Shown: positions 53,043 to 64,000 of the stretch, in pieces | Layout of the letters: every line of letters begins with the position of its first letter | Numbering within the stretch: position 1 is the stretch's first letter | Assembly: GCA_965242725.1 (NCBI GenBank) | Contig: CBDESZ010000004.1 | Span: 1-64,000 of the forward strand | Length of the DNA: 64,000 nt | Source: Alkalispirochaeta sp. | GTDB lineage: Bacteria; Spirochaetota; Spirochaetia; DSM-27196; Alkalispirochaetaceae | Direction of reading: 5' to 3' | Program-made: the position numbers and the translations under genes | The notes under the pieces: generated by a model | Database searches by the model: none | Seen by the model: the letters and a program-made list of their open reading frames with translations, nothing else | Told to the model about the DNA's origin: nothing

Positions 53043-53768
53043 ATGTCTTTCCTGTTGCTTCGGTTTGTTGCTCCCATACAATCGTGGGGTAGTCGAAGCC
53101 GATTCGAGTATCGCGACACCGAACGGGAACCGACCTTTTCCGGCGTTGTCGGCTTGGCCTGTGCAGCTATGGGTTTGCCGAGGAGTGCCGATCTAACGCC
53201 ATTTCGTGACCTCCGTATGACGGTTCGTTGCGACAGAGAAGGTATTATATCGCAGGAGTTTCAGACAGCGCAGGATGTTTATACTGCGGATGGAAAAAAT
53301 GGCGGAACACAGATAGTTAGACGGCAGTATCTGAGCGACGCCGAGTTTCACGTAGCTCTCGAGGGCCCGTCCGAGTTTCTATATCATCTTCACGACGCTT
53401 TGCAGCGACCCAGATTTCCTCTGTTTCTCGGGCGAAAATCCTACCTACCTGTAGTGCCGATCGTGTACCCAGGAACAGAGAGCCTAATTGAGACGAGCGA
53501 AACGCCCGTTTTATTTATGACGGAACAACTACCGATTCGAGCTGTCGACGAAGATATTCCATTACATCGCCCCGTTCGGAAAGAAAAAGCCGACATGGAG
53601 GCTGTAGAAACACGTTTCGTCGAAACCGCTGATGAAGCAACCGGTGAAACAAGATTAGATATTCCAATGAGTTTTGACATTTATCGAAGAAACTTCGCAC
53701 CGCGAAATGTTAGGACCAGTGTGAGAAATTGTTGGACAGTCCACAATGGAGGCTCAAAATGGGTGTGA
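53043..53768 (+). CDS. casD: Type I-E Cas5
   Basis: APIQSWG, PTFSGVVGL, RQYLSDA, LFLGRKS. Confidence 0.93.
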   Translation: MSFLLLRFVAPIQSWGSRSRFEYRDTEREPTFSGVVGLACAAMGLPRSADLTPFRDLRMTVRCDREGIISQEFQTAQDVYTADGKNGGTQIVRRQYLSDAEFHVALEGPSEFLYHLHDALQRPRFPLFLGRKSYLPVVPIVYPGTESLIETSETPVLFMTEQLPIRAVDEDIPLHRPVRKEKADMEAVETRFVETADEATGETRLDIPMSFDIYRRNFAPRNVRTSVRNCWTVHNGGSKWV

Positions 53769-54424
53769 GTACTTCTGTGGTATTATCTCTAGGATTTACG
53801 CGAATTTGGCTCCGTGCTGAACACCCAAGGGTCCTTCAACTCATAGCGAGCCATTACGAAATGCATCAGTTTGTATATGGTCTAATGAGTCCAAGTCCCG
53901 GAAAAGACAGAATTCTGTACAGAACCGAGGTCCTACCGGATGGTTTAGGGGTGCCGATACCTTCGATATTGATCCAGCACAGCCCTAAGTTGATTCCGAG
54001 TTTGGACGCCAGCGGGCGACGGTTCTCCGAAATTGAGTCTAAGGTTGCTGATTTGGCGATCCGATCTGGAACGTTTCGGTTTAGACTGCGTGCCAATCCG
54101 GTAAAATCGGTCCCGTCGAACAATAGAGGTGTACGTGGAAAACGCCGTGGGCTTTCGAATGACGACGAACGAAAGTCATGGCTAATAAGTCGCTTTGCCA
54201 AAAACGGCTTAGAAGTATTGTCTATGGATTTCGTACCGGAACCATTTGTGGAATTTGAGAGGAAAGGTTCACGTACCACGAGAAAGATCGCCATATCTGG
54301 TGTCTTGTACAATGGAATTGTCCGAGTTCGAAACCCGAAAGACGCAGCGGTGGTGGTGGAGAACGGGATCGGTCGAGCCCGAGGGTTCGGCTACGGTTTG
54401 TTGTCACTCGCGCCTTTCAGATAA
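53759..54424 (+). CDS. casE: Type I-E Cas6e
   Basis: YEMHQ, FRLRANP, GIGRARGFGYGLLSL G-loop. Confidence 0.93.
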   Translation: MGVSTSVVLSLGFTRIWLRAEHPRVLQLIASHYEMHQFVYGLMSPSPGKDRILYRTEVLPDGLGVPIPSILIQHSPKLIPSLDASGRRFSEIESKVADLAIRSGTFRFRLRANPVKSVPSNNRGVRGKRRGLSNDDERKSWLISRFAKNGLEVLSMDFVPEPFVEFERKGSRTTRKIAISGVLYNGIVRVRNPKDAAVVVENGIGRARGFGYGLLSLAPFR

Positions 54425-54429
54425 CGACA

Positions 54430-55359
54430 ATGGTCAATAAAACGATCGGTTTACCGCCAGCCAAGGCGATCATGCTAAAGGATCGCTCATCTATCGTATT
54501 CCTTCAGTACGGACGGGTTGACGTCGAAAACGGTGCATTCGTTTTGGCGGATCGTCTTGGAGTTCGCACACAAGTTCCCGTTGGAAGCCTCACATGTGTG
54601 ATGCTAGAGACAGGCACCACTGTCACCCATGAGGCGGTCAAGCTTGCCGCCCGTGTGGGGTGTCTGTTGCTTTGGGTTGGTGATGGCGGGGTACGCATGT
54701 ACTCTGCCGGACAGCCAGGCGGGACGCGGGCAGATAAACTGCTTTATCAAGCAAAATGCGCGTTGGACGATCGTGCTCGATTGGCGATTGTGCGAGAAAT
54801 GTACCGTCTCCGGTTCAAGGAGCGTGCGCCAAAAAAGAGAAGCATAGATCAATTGCGTGGAATTGAAGGCAGTCGTGTTCGTCAATTGTACAAATCGTTT
54901 GCACAACAGTATGGTGTTAAATGGAAACAGCGTAACTACAATCCCCGCGAATGGTCGAAGGCAGACCCAATGAACAAGGCCTTGAGTGCAGCTACGTCCA
55001 GTCTATACGGACTTTCTGAGGCCGCGATATTGGCAGCGGGATACTCACCAGCCATCGGGTTTATCCATACAGGAAAACCAAGAAGCTTTGTGTTCGACAT
55101 CGCGGATATTTTCAAGTTTGATACTGTGATACCCGCAGCATTCAAGGAAATGGCGAAAGGACCGGCGAGTATCGAACAACGTGTTCGTATCGCTTGTAGA
55201 GAATCTTTTCGTCAGGGACGCTTACTGAAACGTATTGTACCAACGATCGAAGCCGTTCTGTCTGCCGGTGGGTTGGAGCGTCCTGAAAAACCTCCTGAAA
55301 GTGTAGATCCCGCATTCTTGGATCCAGAAGGTATAGGCGATGATGGTCATCGTTACTGA
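54430..55359 (+). CDS. cas1: Type I-E Cas1
   Basis: KDRSSIVFLQYG, QLRGIEG, GYSPAIGFIHTGK, FDIAD. Confidence 0.97.
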   Translation: MVNKTIGLPPAKAIMLKDRSSIVFLQYGRVDVENGAFVLADRLGVRTQVPVGSLTCVMLETGTTVTHEAVKLAARVGCLLLWVGDGGVRMYSAGQPGGTRADKLLYQAKCALDDRARLAIVREMYRLRFKERAPKKRSIDQLRGIEGSRVRQLYKSFAQQYGVKWKQRNYNPREWSKADPMNKALSAATSSLYGLSEAAILAAGYSPAIGFIHTGKPRSFVFDIADIFKFDTVIPAAFKEMAKGPASIEQRVRIACRESFRQGRLLKRIVPTIEAVLSAGGLERPEKPPESVDPAFLDPEGIGDDGHRY

Positions 55360-55642
55360 AAACTTGCCCCACCGCGTTCGCGGACGCCTCGCCGTATACA
55401 TGTTGGAAGTGCGAGCAGGGGTGTTTGTGGCAAACCACGGACGGCGTATTCGTGAAATGCTGTGGAAGTGGGTTATGGAAGACACTGGTGAAGGCAATGC
55501 GGTACTGGTATGGAACACCAACACCGAAAGTGGCTTCGATTTCGAAACGGTTGGAATCAATAGACGCATTCCGGCCGATCTTGACGGTCTTAAACTGGTA
55601 GCCTTTCGACCCCAAACCGACCAGTCCGAACAACTCGAGTAG
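55340..55642 (+). CDS. cas2: Type I-E Cas2
   Basis: VIVTENLP..RGRLA..LEVRAGVFV, ESGFDF, DLDGLKLV. Confidence 0.95.
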   Translation: MMVIVTENLPHRVRGRLAVYMLEVRAGVFVANHGRRIREMLWKWVMEDTGEGNAVLVWNTNTESGFDFETVGINRRIPADLDGLKLVAFRPQTDQSEQLE

Positions 55643-55765
55643 TCCGAAATGAAATCTGAAACACAAGCCGTGCGACGGTCTTTGACACCGTTACCAATAT
55701 GCGCGCAAAATGGTAGCGGAACTATGTTCTTGTAAAACTTTATACCGGAATGATATACATTTAGT
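55643..55765 (+). promoter_or_regulatory. CRISPR leader
   Basis: AT-rich 123 bp between cas2 and the first repeat fragment; TGGTAG and ..ATATACATTTAGT end resemble type I-E leaders. Confidence 0.75.
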
Positions 55766-55773
55766 CCGTTCCC
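55766..55773 (+). repeat. 5' fragment (CCGTTCCC) of the first CRISPR repeat, cut by the IS
   Basis: Joined to 58390-58410 it rebuilds the exact 29-nt repeat. Confidence 0.9.
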
Positions 55774-55947
55774 TGTCGCGGGCCAGGCATAATCCCCATA
55801 AATTTGGCGTTGGGGCCATGGATATTCCCCACCCGCCGAGCCCCACGGGGCCATTTATATTCCCCAGTTTTTCCGCAATAGGGCCATCCATATTCCCCAC
55901 CTGATGGGGTGATACCGGTACCCTGATGCGCAGGAGGACTGTGGGTC

Positions 55948-57561
55948 ATGGGATACCGTATGCTGAAGATTGATCACCTCTATGAGGTATACCGTCGCGC
56001 CATCGCCGGAGAAAGCAAAAGCGCGATCGCCATACACACTGGATGGGATCGCAAGACGATCGGGAAATACATCAGGATTCTCTCGGAGCGGTCACTACTG
56101 CCGGCAGAATTGGCAGTCAGCCGGGATGCGTTTCAGAGACGGGCAGGAGATCTTGCCGATCAGCCGCGTGAGAAGTCTACACCGGCGAGGGATCAGCTTA
56201 TTGATCATCTTGATGAACTGCGCGAACTGATCGCTCCGTCCAAAGATGAGAACGGGAAAATCGAAAAACCGATGCGCCCGAAATCGGCATATCGGGTGAT
56301 CCTCCGGCGCCATAACCTCTCCATCGGATACTCGTCGTTCAAACGGTTCGCCCGGGAACACGGTTTAATGGAGGTTGCAAAGAAGACGTATATCCGTATT
56401 GAGTTACCGCCGGGTCGGGAGGTCCAACTTGATTACGGCACCATGGGGCTTCTGGCCGTGGATGGGCGGAATCGCACGATCTACGCCTTCTGTGCAATTC
56501 TTGCTCACTCTCGCAAGCCCTTTGTCCAATTGGTCACCAGCCAGAGCGAACAGAGCTTTGCGGAGAGCGTGGTTGAGATATTCCATTTCTACGGCGGTGT
56601 CACCGAGTTTCTCACGGTGGATAACCTGAAGGCTGCGGTGATTAAACCGGACCTCTGGGACCCGCAGCTGAACCGGTCTCTGGCAGAAGTGGCTGAGTAT
56701 TACGGAACCTTTGTGAATACCGCTCGGGTAGTGACGGCAACAGATAAAGGGAAGGTCGAGCGGATTATTCCGGTTGTCAGGGAAGCGTATCGTGTCATCA
56801 GAGCAGTCCATCCCACCGCGACCCTCACGGAAATGAACCGCTACATGCTTCAATGGTGTGTCGACGAATACGGTACGGAACCGCATGGAACGACTCGTAT
56901 TCCACCTGAGGAAGCGTTTGTGGCCGAGCAAAATGCACTCAAACCGCTCCCGGAATCGCGATTCGAGCCGGCTTCCTGGGCCTATCCGAAAGTTCACAAG
57001 GGTGATGGCTTTCTGAGCTACCACAAGATGCGCTTTGCCGTTCCGGCGAAATACCGGGGAAAACAGGTGGCGGTACGCGCTACCAGGCGCCTGATCGAGA
57101 TTTTTCATGGCCCGGAGCGTATCCGCATCTATCCATATGAGCCGGGAACGCGGGTGTATTACTTCACCAGCGACTTTCCGGCGGAAAAACAGGCGATGAT
57201 GGACGGGTCCTATCCACAACACCTTCTCCAGCGCGCGAATTCGTACGGGAGTGCAGCCCGGGATCTGATTTCCGCAATCCTGGCGCCTCACGCGTATCTC
57301 AACGCCCGTCAGGCTCAGGGACTACTCCGTGTTATGGATGAATTCCGCGAACATCCGGACTTTGATACTCACTGCCTCACCGCACTGCGCCGCCGGATCG
57401 TCGTTCCCAAAACGTTCAAAGCATTGTTTGAACTAGACAGGACCGCCGGCAGGCGAGGAACACTCTCTACCACGCCCGCTGTCGATATGACGATGGCACG
57501 GGATATCACCTATTTCTTTGACCTTCAGGAGGAACTCGATGCAGCAGGCTCACGAAATTGA
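55948..57561 (+). CDS. istA: IS21 transposase
   Basis: PPGREVQLDYG, DNLKAAV, KGKVER (DDE), HGTT. Confidence 0.94.
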   Translation: MGYRMLKIDHLYEVYRRAIAGESKSAIAIHTGWDRKTIGKYIRILSERSLLPAELAVSRDAFQRRAGDLADQPREKSTPARDQLIDHLDELRELIAPSKDENGKIEKPMRPKSAYRVILRRHNLSIGYSSFKRFAREHGLMEVAKKTYIRIELPPGREVQLDYGTMGLLAVDGRNRTIYAFCAILAHSRKPFVQLVTSQSEQSFAESVVEIFHFYGGVTEFLTVDNLKAAVIKPDLWDPQLNRSLAEVAEYYGTFVNTARVVTATDKGKVERIIPVVREAYRVIRAVHPTATLTEMNRYMLQWCVDEYGTEPHGTTRIPPEEAFVAEQNALKPLPESRFEPASWAYPKVHKGDGFLSYHKMRFAVPAKYRGKQVAVRATRRLIEIFHGPERIRIYPYEPGTRVYYFTSDFPAEKQAMMDGSYPQHLLQRANSYGSAARDLISAILAPHAYLNARQAQGLLRVMDEFREHPDFDTHCLTALRRRIVVPKTFKALFELDRTAGRRGTLSTTPAVDMTMARDITYFFDLQEELDAAGSRN

Positions 57562-58309
57562 ACACGAACTTAAACGACTACGCATGCCCGGAGCGTACCA
57601 GCAGCTTGATCACCGGTTGATTGAGGCTCAAGAGCAGAGCCTCGGTTATCTCGAGTTCCTCGCTCTGGTTCTCCACGACGAACTGGCAAACCGGGAGGCG
57701 AACAACTTCACCAAACGGTTGAGTCAGGCATCCCTGGGAACCCGGGAAACCTTCGATCGCTTCGATTTCCGTTTCAATGATGAAGTCTTTCCGGCGGCAA
57801 CGATCCGCGACCTGGCATCATGCCGGTTTATCCAGCAGCACACCAACCTCGTTATTGCCGGTCCTCCCGGAATCGGGAAGACGTTCATTGTGAAAGCGAT
57901 CGGCCACGAGGCATGCCGCCAGGGATTCACCGTGCTGTTCCGCAGCACTCAGCGGCTGCTTTCCAGCCTCCTTACCGCTTCACCTGATCGGCAACGACGG
58001 ATGCTCAAGAAAGCGTGTTCCGTGGATGTCCTCATCCTCGATGATTTCGCCTTCCGCTCTCTTGATCAGCATGAGGCGGAGATGCTGTACATCATCGCCG
58101 AAGAACGGAACGGTATCTCCTCGACCATTCTCACTTCCAACAGACCGCCGCAGGACTGGTACAGCATCTTTCCCGATCCCATCGTTGGTGGTGCTATTCT
58201 CGACCGCATGGTCTCGGGAGCGATTAAACTCATTACTTCGAAAGGGCGCTCGTACCGGAAGGAAGTACACGGCTCCCACACCTCAAAATCAGCTCCGCCA
58301 AAATCGTGA
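57539..58309 (+). CDS. istB: IS21 helper AAA+ ATPase
   Basis: GPPGIGKT, LILDDF, TSNR, AILDR, GRSYR; AGGAGG SD. Confidence 0.95.
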   Translation: MQQAHEIEHELKRLRMPGAYQQLDHRLIEAQEQSLGYLEFLALVLHDELANREANNFTKRLSQASLGTRETFDRFDFRFNDEVFPAATIRDLASCRFIQQHTNLVIAGPPGIGKTFIVKAIGHEACRQGFTVLFRSTQRLLSSLLTASPDRQRRMLKKACSVDVLILDDFAFRSLDQHEAEMLYIIAEERNGISSTILTSNRPPQDWYSIFPDPIVGGAILDRMVSGAIKLITSKGRSYRKEVHGSHTSKSAPPKS

Positions 58310-58384
58310 CACCCCCCCGGATACCCTTATTTTCACTGGGGAATATGGATGGCCCTGGGGTGGGGAATTACGCGGCCCTTGACA

Positions 58385-61300
58385 TTCCCCGCAGACGCGG
58401 GGATGAACCGGTATTTAACACTCTTCGTTCCGATGTACGGTCCCGTTCCCCGCAGACGCGGGGATGAACCGGCATTCCATCGCGTCGATCATCGTAGGAG
58501 CAGCCGTTCCCCGCAGACGCGGGGATGAACCGACCACCCTCCGGCGCATTTCCTTTGAAACCGGCCGTTCCCCGCAGACGCGGGGATGAACCGCGATCGC
58601 AAGCCCGCGGAAAGCCGTAGACGTACCGTTCCCCGCAGACGCGGGGATGAACCGCCGCTCGCAACTCCGGTTGCTCTAACATCAATCCGTTCCCCGCAGA
58701 CGCGGGGATGAACCGACCGGATCCTCTTTGGCAACGCCACCGGTACCCCGTTCCCCGCAGACGCGGGGATGAACCGCACCGTTACAACAGGACCAATTGC
58801 CGCAACAACCGTTCCCCGCAGACGCGGGGATGAACCGATATTTTAGCGGGGCGTGGGTAATGTGGCGGCCCGTTCCCCGCAGACGCGGGGATGAACCGCG
58901 CACACCTTCACTCCACCGACACTCGACCCGCCGTTCCCCGCAGACGCGGGGATGAACCGCCGATCGTTGCTACCGTGTGGTTTGATCGTCACCGTTCCCC
59001 GCAGACGCGGGGATGAACCGCTAAATCTGGAGCCGGACAGCCCACAGAAGGGCCGTTCCCCGCAGACGCGGGGATGAACCGGGCATGTAGAAAGCGAGTT
59101 TGTCTTGCGGCGGCCGTTCCCCGCAGACGCGGGGATGAACCGGAGTCATCGATGAGTGACGCAATAAAAGCGGCCCGTTCCCCGCAGACGCGGGGATGAA
59201 CCGACCTCAACGCTCACCTCGTCGTGGTCACCATCCCGTTCCCCGCAGACGCGGGGATGAACCGTGGTCTCGAAGCAGTTCGACAATGGAAACGTACCGT
59301 TCCCCGCAGACGCGGGGATGAACCGATAACCGCCGAGAACGCCGGGGAAGTATGGGCCCGTTCCCCGCAGACGCGGGGATGAACCGCCTTGGAGCGAGCC
59401 GGGTGCGTAACGGACATACCGTTCCCCGCAGACGCGGGGATGAACCGACCAGGCAACGGGAGTTCCTTCGGTCCCTTCCCCGTTCCCCGCAGACGCGGGG
59501 ATGAACCGGTGGCGTTATCCGCCGAGTACTTCGCGTACCCCCGTTCCCCGCAGACGCGGGGATGAACCGAAAATCTCTGAAGTCACGCAGTATTACGATC
59601 CCCGTTCCCCGCAGACGCGGGGATGAACCGTCTATGCGCGGCAATCCATCCGCCATCACCCACCGTTCCCCGCAGACGCGGGGATGAACCGGTATCGGTT
59701 TCGCCGGTCTTCGCCTCGACGAGCCGTTCCCCGCAGACGCGGGGATGAACCGATGCTCCACGAATCTGGAGTCGATATGGGCGTCCGTTCCCCGCAGACG
59801 CGGGGATGAACCGCGATCCTTGGTTGTAACCGTCGCCATCGGGACCCGTTCCCCGCAGACGCGGGGATGAACCGATTTCTCATCCCGGTTTTCATGCCAT
59901 GCACCTCCGTTCCCCGCAGACGCGGGGATGAACCGACCCGGAAGGGCGGTTTACGCCGAGCGGGAAGCCGTTCCCCGCAGACGCGGGGATGAACCGTTTA
60001 CTCTTTGTCTTCGTCGCTTTTTGAAACACCGTTCCCCGCAGACGCGGGGATGAACCGGACGCGGAAAGCACGCGGATCGTCCATCAGACCCGTTCCCCGC
60101 AGACGCGGGGATGAACCGAACTCGACGGTCTATACACCAAGGCAGAAGACCCGTTCCCCGCAGACGCGGGGATGAACCGACGGTCAAAACGATACGCCGA
60201 TACCGAGGTAACCGTTCCCCGCAGACGCGGGGATGAACCGCTCACCGGTATCCTCGACCACCACGCCGTCAACCGTTCCCCGCAGACGCGGGGATGAACC
60301 GGTACTTCTGGAGCTCGCTTCGTTTGATGATAACCGTTCCCCGCAGACGCGGGGATGAACCGATCAGCCGGTTACCGCACCACCGACCGGGGTGCCGTTC
60401 CCCGCAGACGCGGGGATGAACCGTGGCGCGGCCAGGATGTGAGCTGGCTGGAGAACCGTTCCCCGCAGACGCGGGGATGAACCGAAACTGAAGGACTCGG
60501 AGAATCGTCCGCTGTGCCGTTCCCCGCAGACGCGGGGATGAACCGGGTGTTCTCAAGGATCGCTTCAAAGGCGGGGACCGTTCCCCGCAGACGCGGGGAT
60601 GAACCGGTCAGCGGCGATTACCTCTGGAGCCATATGCTCCGTTCCCCGCAGACGCGGGGATGAACCGGCATGCGACGCTTTCTCATTGGCCTGGCAGCCC
60701 CGTTCCCCGCAGACGCGGGGATGAACCGGTTGATCGAGTATGGAACATATCAGACGACAACCGTTCCCCGCAGACGCGGGGATGAACCGCTCAGTAGCAC
60801 GCATGCGAGTAGCGTTGTCACCCGTTCCCCGCAGACGCGGGGATGAACCGTCGCGAAGCAACCGCCGGAAACCGTAGTAGCTCCGTTCCCCGCAGACGCG
60901 GGGATGAACCGGCAAATTTCGGGTACACGAAAAAGTGTCTTATCCGTTCCCCGCAGACGCGGGGATGAACCGTCGTTGGTATCGAGAATCTTGAGCTGGA
61001 GATCCCGTTCCCCGCAGACGCGGGGATGAACCGATTGAGACCGATCTGATCGACGCTGATGCCGTCCGTTCCCCGCAGACGCGGGGATGAACCGTCGAGC
61101 GGGACATCACCGAGTACGACGGCGTTCCGTTCCCCGCAGACGCGGGGATGAACCGGCCTTGGTGCCGATCATTCACGTCACGCGCAACCGTTCCCCGCAG
61201 ACGCGGGGATGAACCGTTTTGGCAGTGTTTTCTGATACGTATGTGGGGCCGTTCCCCGCAGACGCGGGGATGAACCGAGCGTCACGTTCGGACGGAATTG

Positions 61301-64000
61301 AATGAACGGCCGTTCCCCGCAGACGCGGGGATGAACCGAACCCGAGCCGGTCACACCAGCAACCTACAGCCCGTTCCCCGCAGACGCGGGGATGAACCGG
61401 CCGAAATCAAAGAATCGATAGCAATATTATGCCGTTCCCCGCAGACGCGGGGATGAACCGGCGGTTCTCGTAGTCGGGGTCGACTTCCTGCACCGTTCCC
61501 CGCAGACGCGGGGATGAACCGTCTACACGTGTTTACTTCAATCGTCAAGTGGCCCGTTCCCCGCAGACGCGGGGATGAACCGGTCTTTTTCCGACGTTAT
61601 CAGCGCCCGCCGTACCGTTCCCCGCAGACGCGGGGATGAACCGAAAGTAGTAGTAGGTAGTGGTACGCTGGTACGCCGTTCCCCGCAGACGCGGGGATGA
61701 ACCGTTGTTGCCCTGCAGTTCTTTGGTCCATGTTCTCCGTTCCCCGCAGACGCGGGGATGAACCGATTTCCGACCTGCTTTGGACCGTATATAAACGCCG
61801 TTCCCCGCAGACGCGGGGATGAACCGTACCGGTTCCGGATTGACCTGGAAGACGAGAACCGTTCCCCGCAGACGCGGGGATGAACCGCCCATTGCGCTCT
61901 GCTTTGCCGTCTCAATGAGCCGTTCCCCGCAGACGCGGGGATGAACCGGTTACCTCCCGCGTCCGTGTGAAAACCGGTACCCGTTCCCCGCAGACGCGGG
62001 GATGAACCGCCAAGGAGGGGTGGGCAATAAACGGTGACGGACCGTTCCCCGCAGACGCGGGGATGAACCGATATCAGAACGGTTTGAGTCTGCGGGTATT
62101 GGCCGTTCCCCGCAGACGCGGGGATGAACCGTTCGATATAATCCAGACCCGCTACACCTCAGTCCGTTCCCCGCAGACGCGGGGATGAACCGCCCACCGA
62201 ACACCTCGACACCGATGAAAACAACCGTTCCCCGCAGACGCGGGGATGAACCGGCGTGAGCGAGCCGGTGTTGCTCCCGGGCGAGCCGTTCCCCGCAGAC
62301 GCGGGGATGAACCGAGAAACCTCAGGACGAAATGTCAAAGCTCCTGCCGTTCCCCGCAGACGCGGGGATGAACCGAGCATTACCACCACCGTCAGTGTTA
62401 CGCTCACCCGTTCCCCGCAGACGCGGGGATGAACCGCAAAGACCGACGAGCGGAAGGGTTACCTTGATCCGTTCCCCGCAGACGCGGGGATGAACCGCAG
62501 TTCTGAGTGGAGGGCATCGATGCGATGTACCGTTCCCCGCAGACGCGGGGATGAACCGACCAGTACGGATCGGTTTATGAGTACAGCGAGCCGTTCCCCG
62601 CAGACGCGGGGATGAACCGACAGCTCTCCATGGTTTTATGGTCAGCTCAGGCCGTTCCCCGCAGACGCGGGGATGAACCGGTAAAAACCACTTCACCAAC
62701 ACCTCGCCCAATCCGTTCCCCGCAGACGCGGGGATGAACCGCCTGACTTCCCTTCGAAGGCGCCACTTCGCCCCCGTTCCCCGCAGACGCGGGGATGAAC
62801 CGTATCCGGGCCCACGCAACCGCCTCTTCCCGCGCCGTTCCCCGCAGACGCGGGGATGAACCGACGGCGGACAGGCAGAAGAAAGCTGCGAAGGCCCGTT
62901 CCCCGCAGACGCGGGGATGAACCGGAGGTTTGATGGAACTGTATCTGTATGACGACCCGTTCCCCGCAGACGCGGGGATGAACCGTGCCGCGTGTGCGTG
63001 TTCTGGAATGTAGACTCCCGTTCCCCGCAGACGCGGGGATGAACCGAAGCGGACCCCACCATACGGCAGTTTTTCTATCCGTTCCCCGCAGACGCGGGGA
63101 TGAACCGCACCCAAAAAACATCACAGACACGGCATACAACCGTTCCCCGCAGACGCGGGGATGAACCGTACGTTGAGGGAAAACGCACACAGAAGAACAA
63201 CCGTTCCCCGCAGACGCGGGGATGAACCGCCGGGCCAATCGAAGTCACGATCTACGACTACCCGTTCCCCGCAGACGCGGGGATGAACCGGCCTGGTACG
63301 TCGAGTTCTGGGACGCCTCACACCGTTCCCCGCAGACGCGGGGATGAACCGGACCAGCGGGCGGAGGACGGTGCTATGTCTCACCGTTCCCCGCAGACGC
63401 GGGGATGAACCGTATTCAAAATTTATGCTCATCTTTTCTTTCTCCCGTTCCCCGCAGACGCGGGGATGAACCGTGTCCTATGTACTCCGCGACGGTAACC
63501 CGCTGCCGTTCCCCGCAGACGCGGGGATGAACCGACATGGAGGGGGCTGGGTGATGAAAAAAGGCCCGTTCCCCGCAGACGCGGGGATGAACCGAACTTA
63601 TTGAACGAGAACAGGAGACAGCAGCACCGTTCCCCGCAGACGCGGGGATGAACCGGTATATGTCACTCATGCCACCAGGATTATGCTCCGTTCCCGGCAG
63701 ACGCGGGGATGAACCGGAATCAACCGCCTCCTCGAGCGCGTTCGAGTTCCGTTCCCCGCAGAAGCGGGGATGAACCGTTACCTGAACATATCAAACCAAC
63801 TAGTACCACCCGTTCCCCGCAGACGCGGGGATGAACCGTTTAGATCCGGCTAATTGATACATGGCGTGTCCCGTTCCCCGCAGACGCGGGGATGAACCGT
63901 CTTTTAGCGTGTTTTGGTACGCCTTTTATGGCCGTTCCCCGCAGACGCGGGGATGAACCGTAACATTACCAACAGGATCGTTACGCTATGCACCGTTCCC
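58385..64000 (+). CRISPR. Type I-E CRISPR array, repeat CCGTTCCCCGCAGACGCGGGGATGAACCG, 92 spacers in the window (mostly 32 nt), continues past the window end
   Basis: 61-bp period; 93 repeats counting the IS-split first and truncated last; CCCCGC/GCGGGG stem and ATGAACCG handle. Confidence 0.99.

Larger units (their letters stand above)
55774..58384 (+). mobile_element. IS21-family insertion sequence, 2611 bp, with 5-bp target duplication TTCCC
   Basis: TGTC..GACA ends with imperfect IRs, multiple subterminal GGGCCA-N3-ATATTCCCCA-like repeats, istA-istB, TTCCC at 55769-73 and 58385-89. Confidence 0.95.

Noticed and set aside
55774..55900. Four spaced GGGCCA..TCCCCA repeats as a second mini-CRISPR
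   Set aside because: They recur inverted at 58336-58378 and are the subterminal transposase-binding repeats typical of IS21.
60851..60882. Spacer whose reverse strand reads SYYGFRRLLR, like an IS3 transposase motif
   Set aside because: Ten residues are too few to assign without a database search.
58368..63670. Many minus-strand ORFs containing RFIPASAGN / VHPRVCGER
   Set aside because: They are translations of the CRISPR repeat.
55774..64000. CRISPR-associated transposon (IstA/IstB next to cas genes and array)
   Set aside because: The IS has its own ends and TSD enclosing only istAB, it disrupts the repeat, there is no TniQ, and cas3, cas1 and cas2 are present.

Overview
GC-rich bacterial chromosome segment, probably a free-living spirochaete (inferred from the 'A(G/S)Gxx(x)E' signal-peptide ends on several exported proteins). 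In order: exported MsrB; a pectin/uronate utilisation locus (membrane-anchored AraC regulator, two binding proteins, two permeases, Gfo/Idh/MocA oxidoreductase, GH28); a DrrAB-type exporter; an MCP; an SRAP protein; Asp/Glu racemase and GltP; a two-component pair; a sulfur-relay operon (MoeB/ThiF, JAB protease, exported unknown, YeeE, exported rhodanese, TusA, ThiS with masked GG) followed by a non-canonical SAM halogenase/hydrolase-family gene; a 26.6-34.2 kb stretch where five genes carry frameshifts (probably assembly errors); and a signalling cluster (histidine kinases, response regulators, FapA, HD-GYP). From about 44.6 kb there is a visibly lower-GC defence island: MNT-HEPN pair, WYL regulator, a type I-E cas operon with cas3 split into two frames, an IS21 element inserted inside the first CRISPR repeat, and an array of at least 92 spacers that runs off the window. 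The top finding lies between the WYL gene and cas3: a degenerate two-repeat mini-array whose 21-nt spacer matches a site with a canonical AAG PAM just upstream of the -35 box of the predicted cas3 promoter. It is a candidate RNA-guided autorepression circuit, flanked by a terminator and start-stop mini-ORFs. All calls come from reading motifs by eye; no database searches were run.
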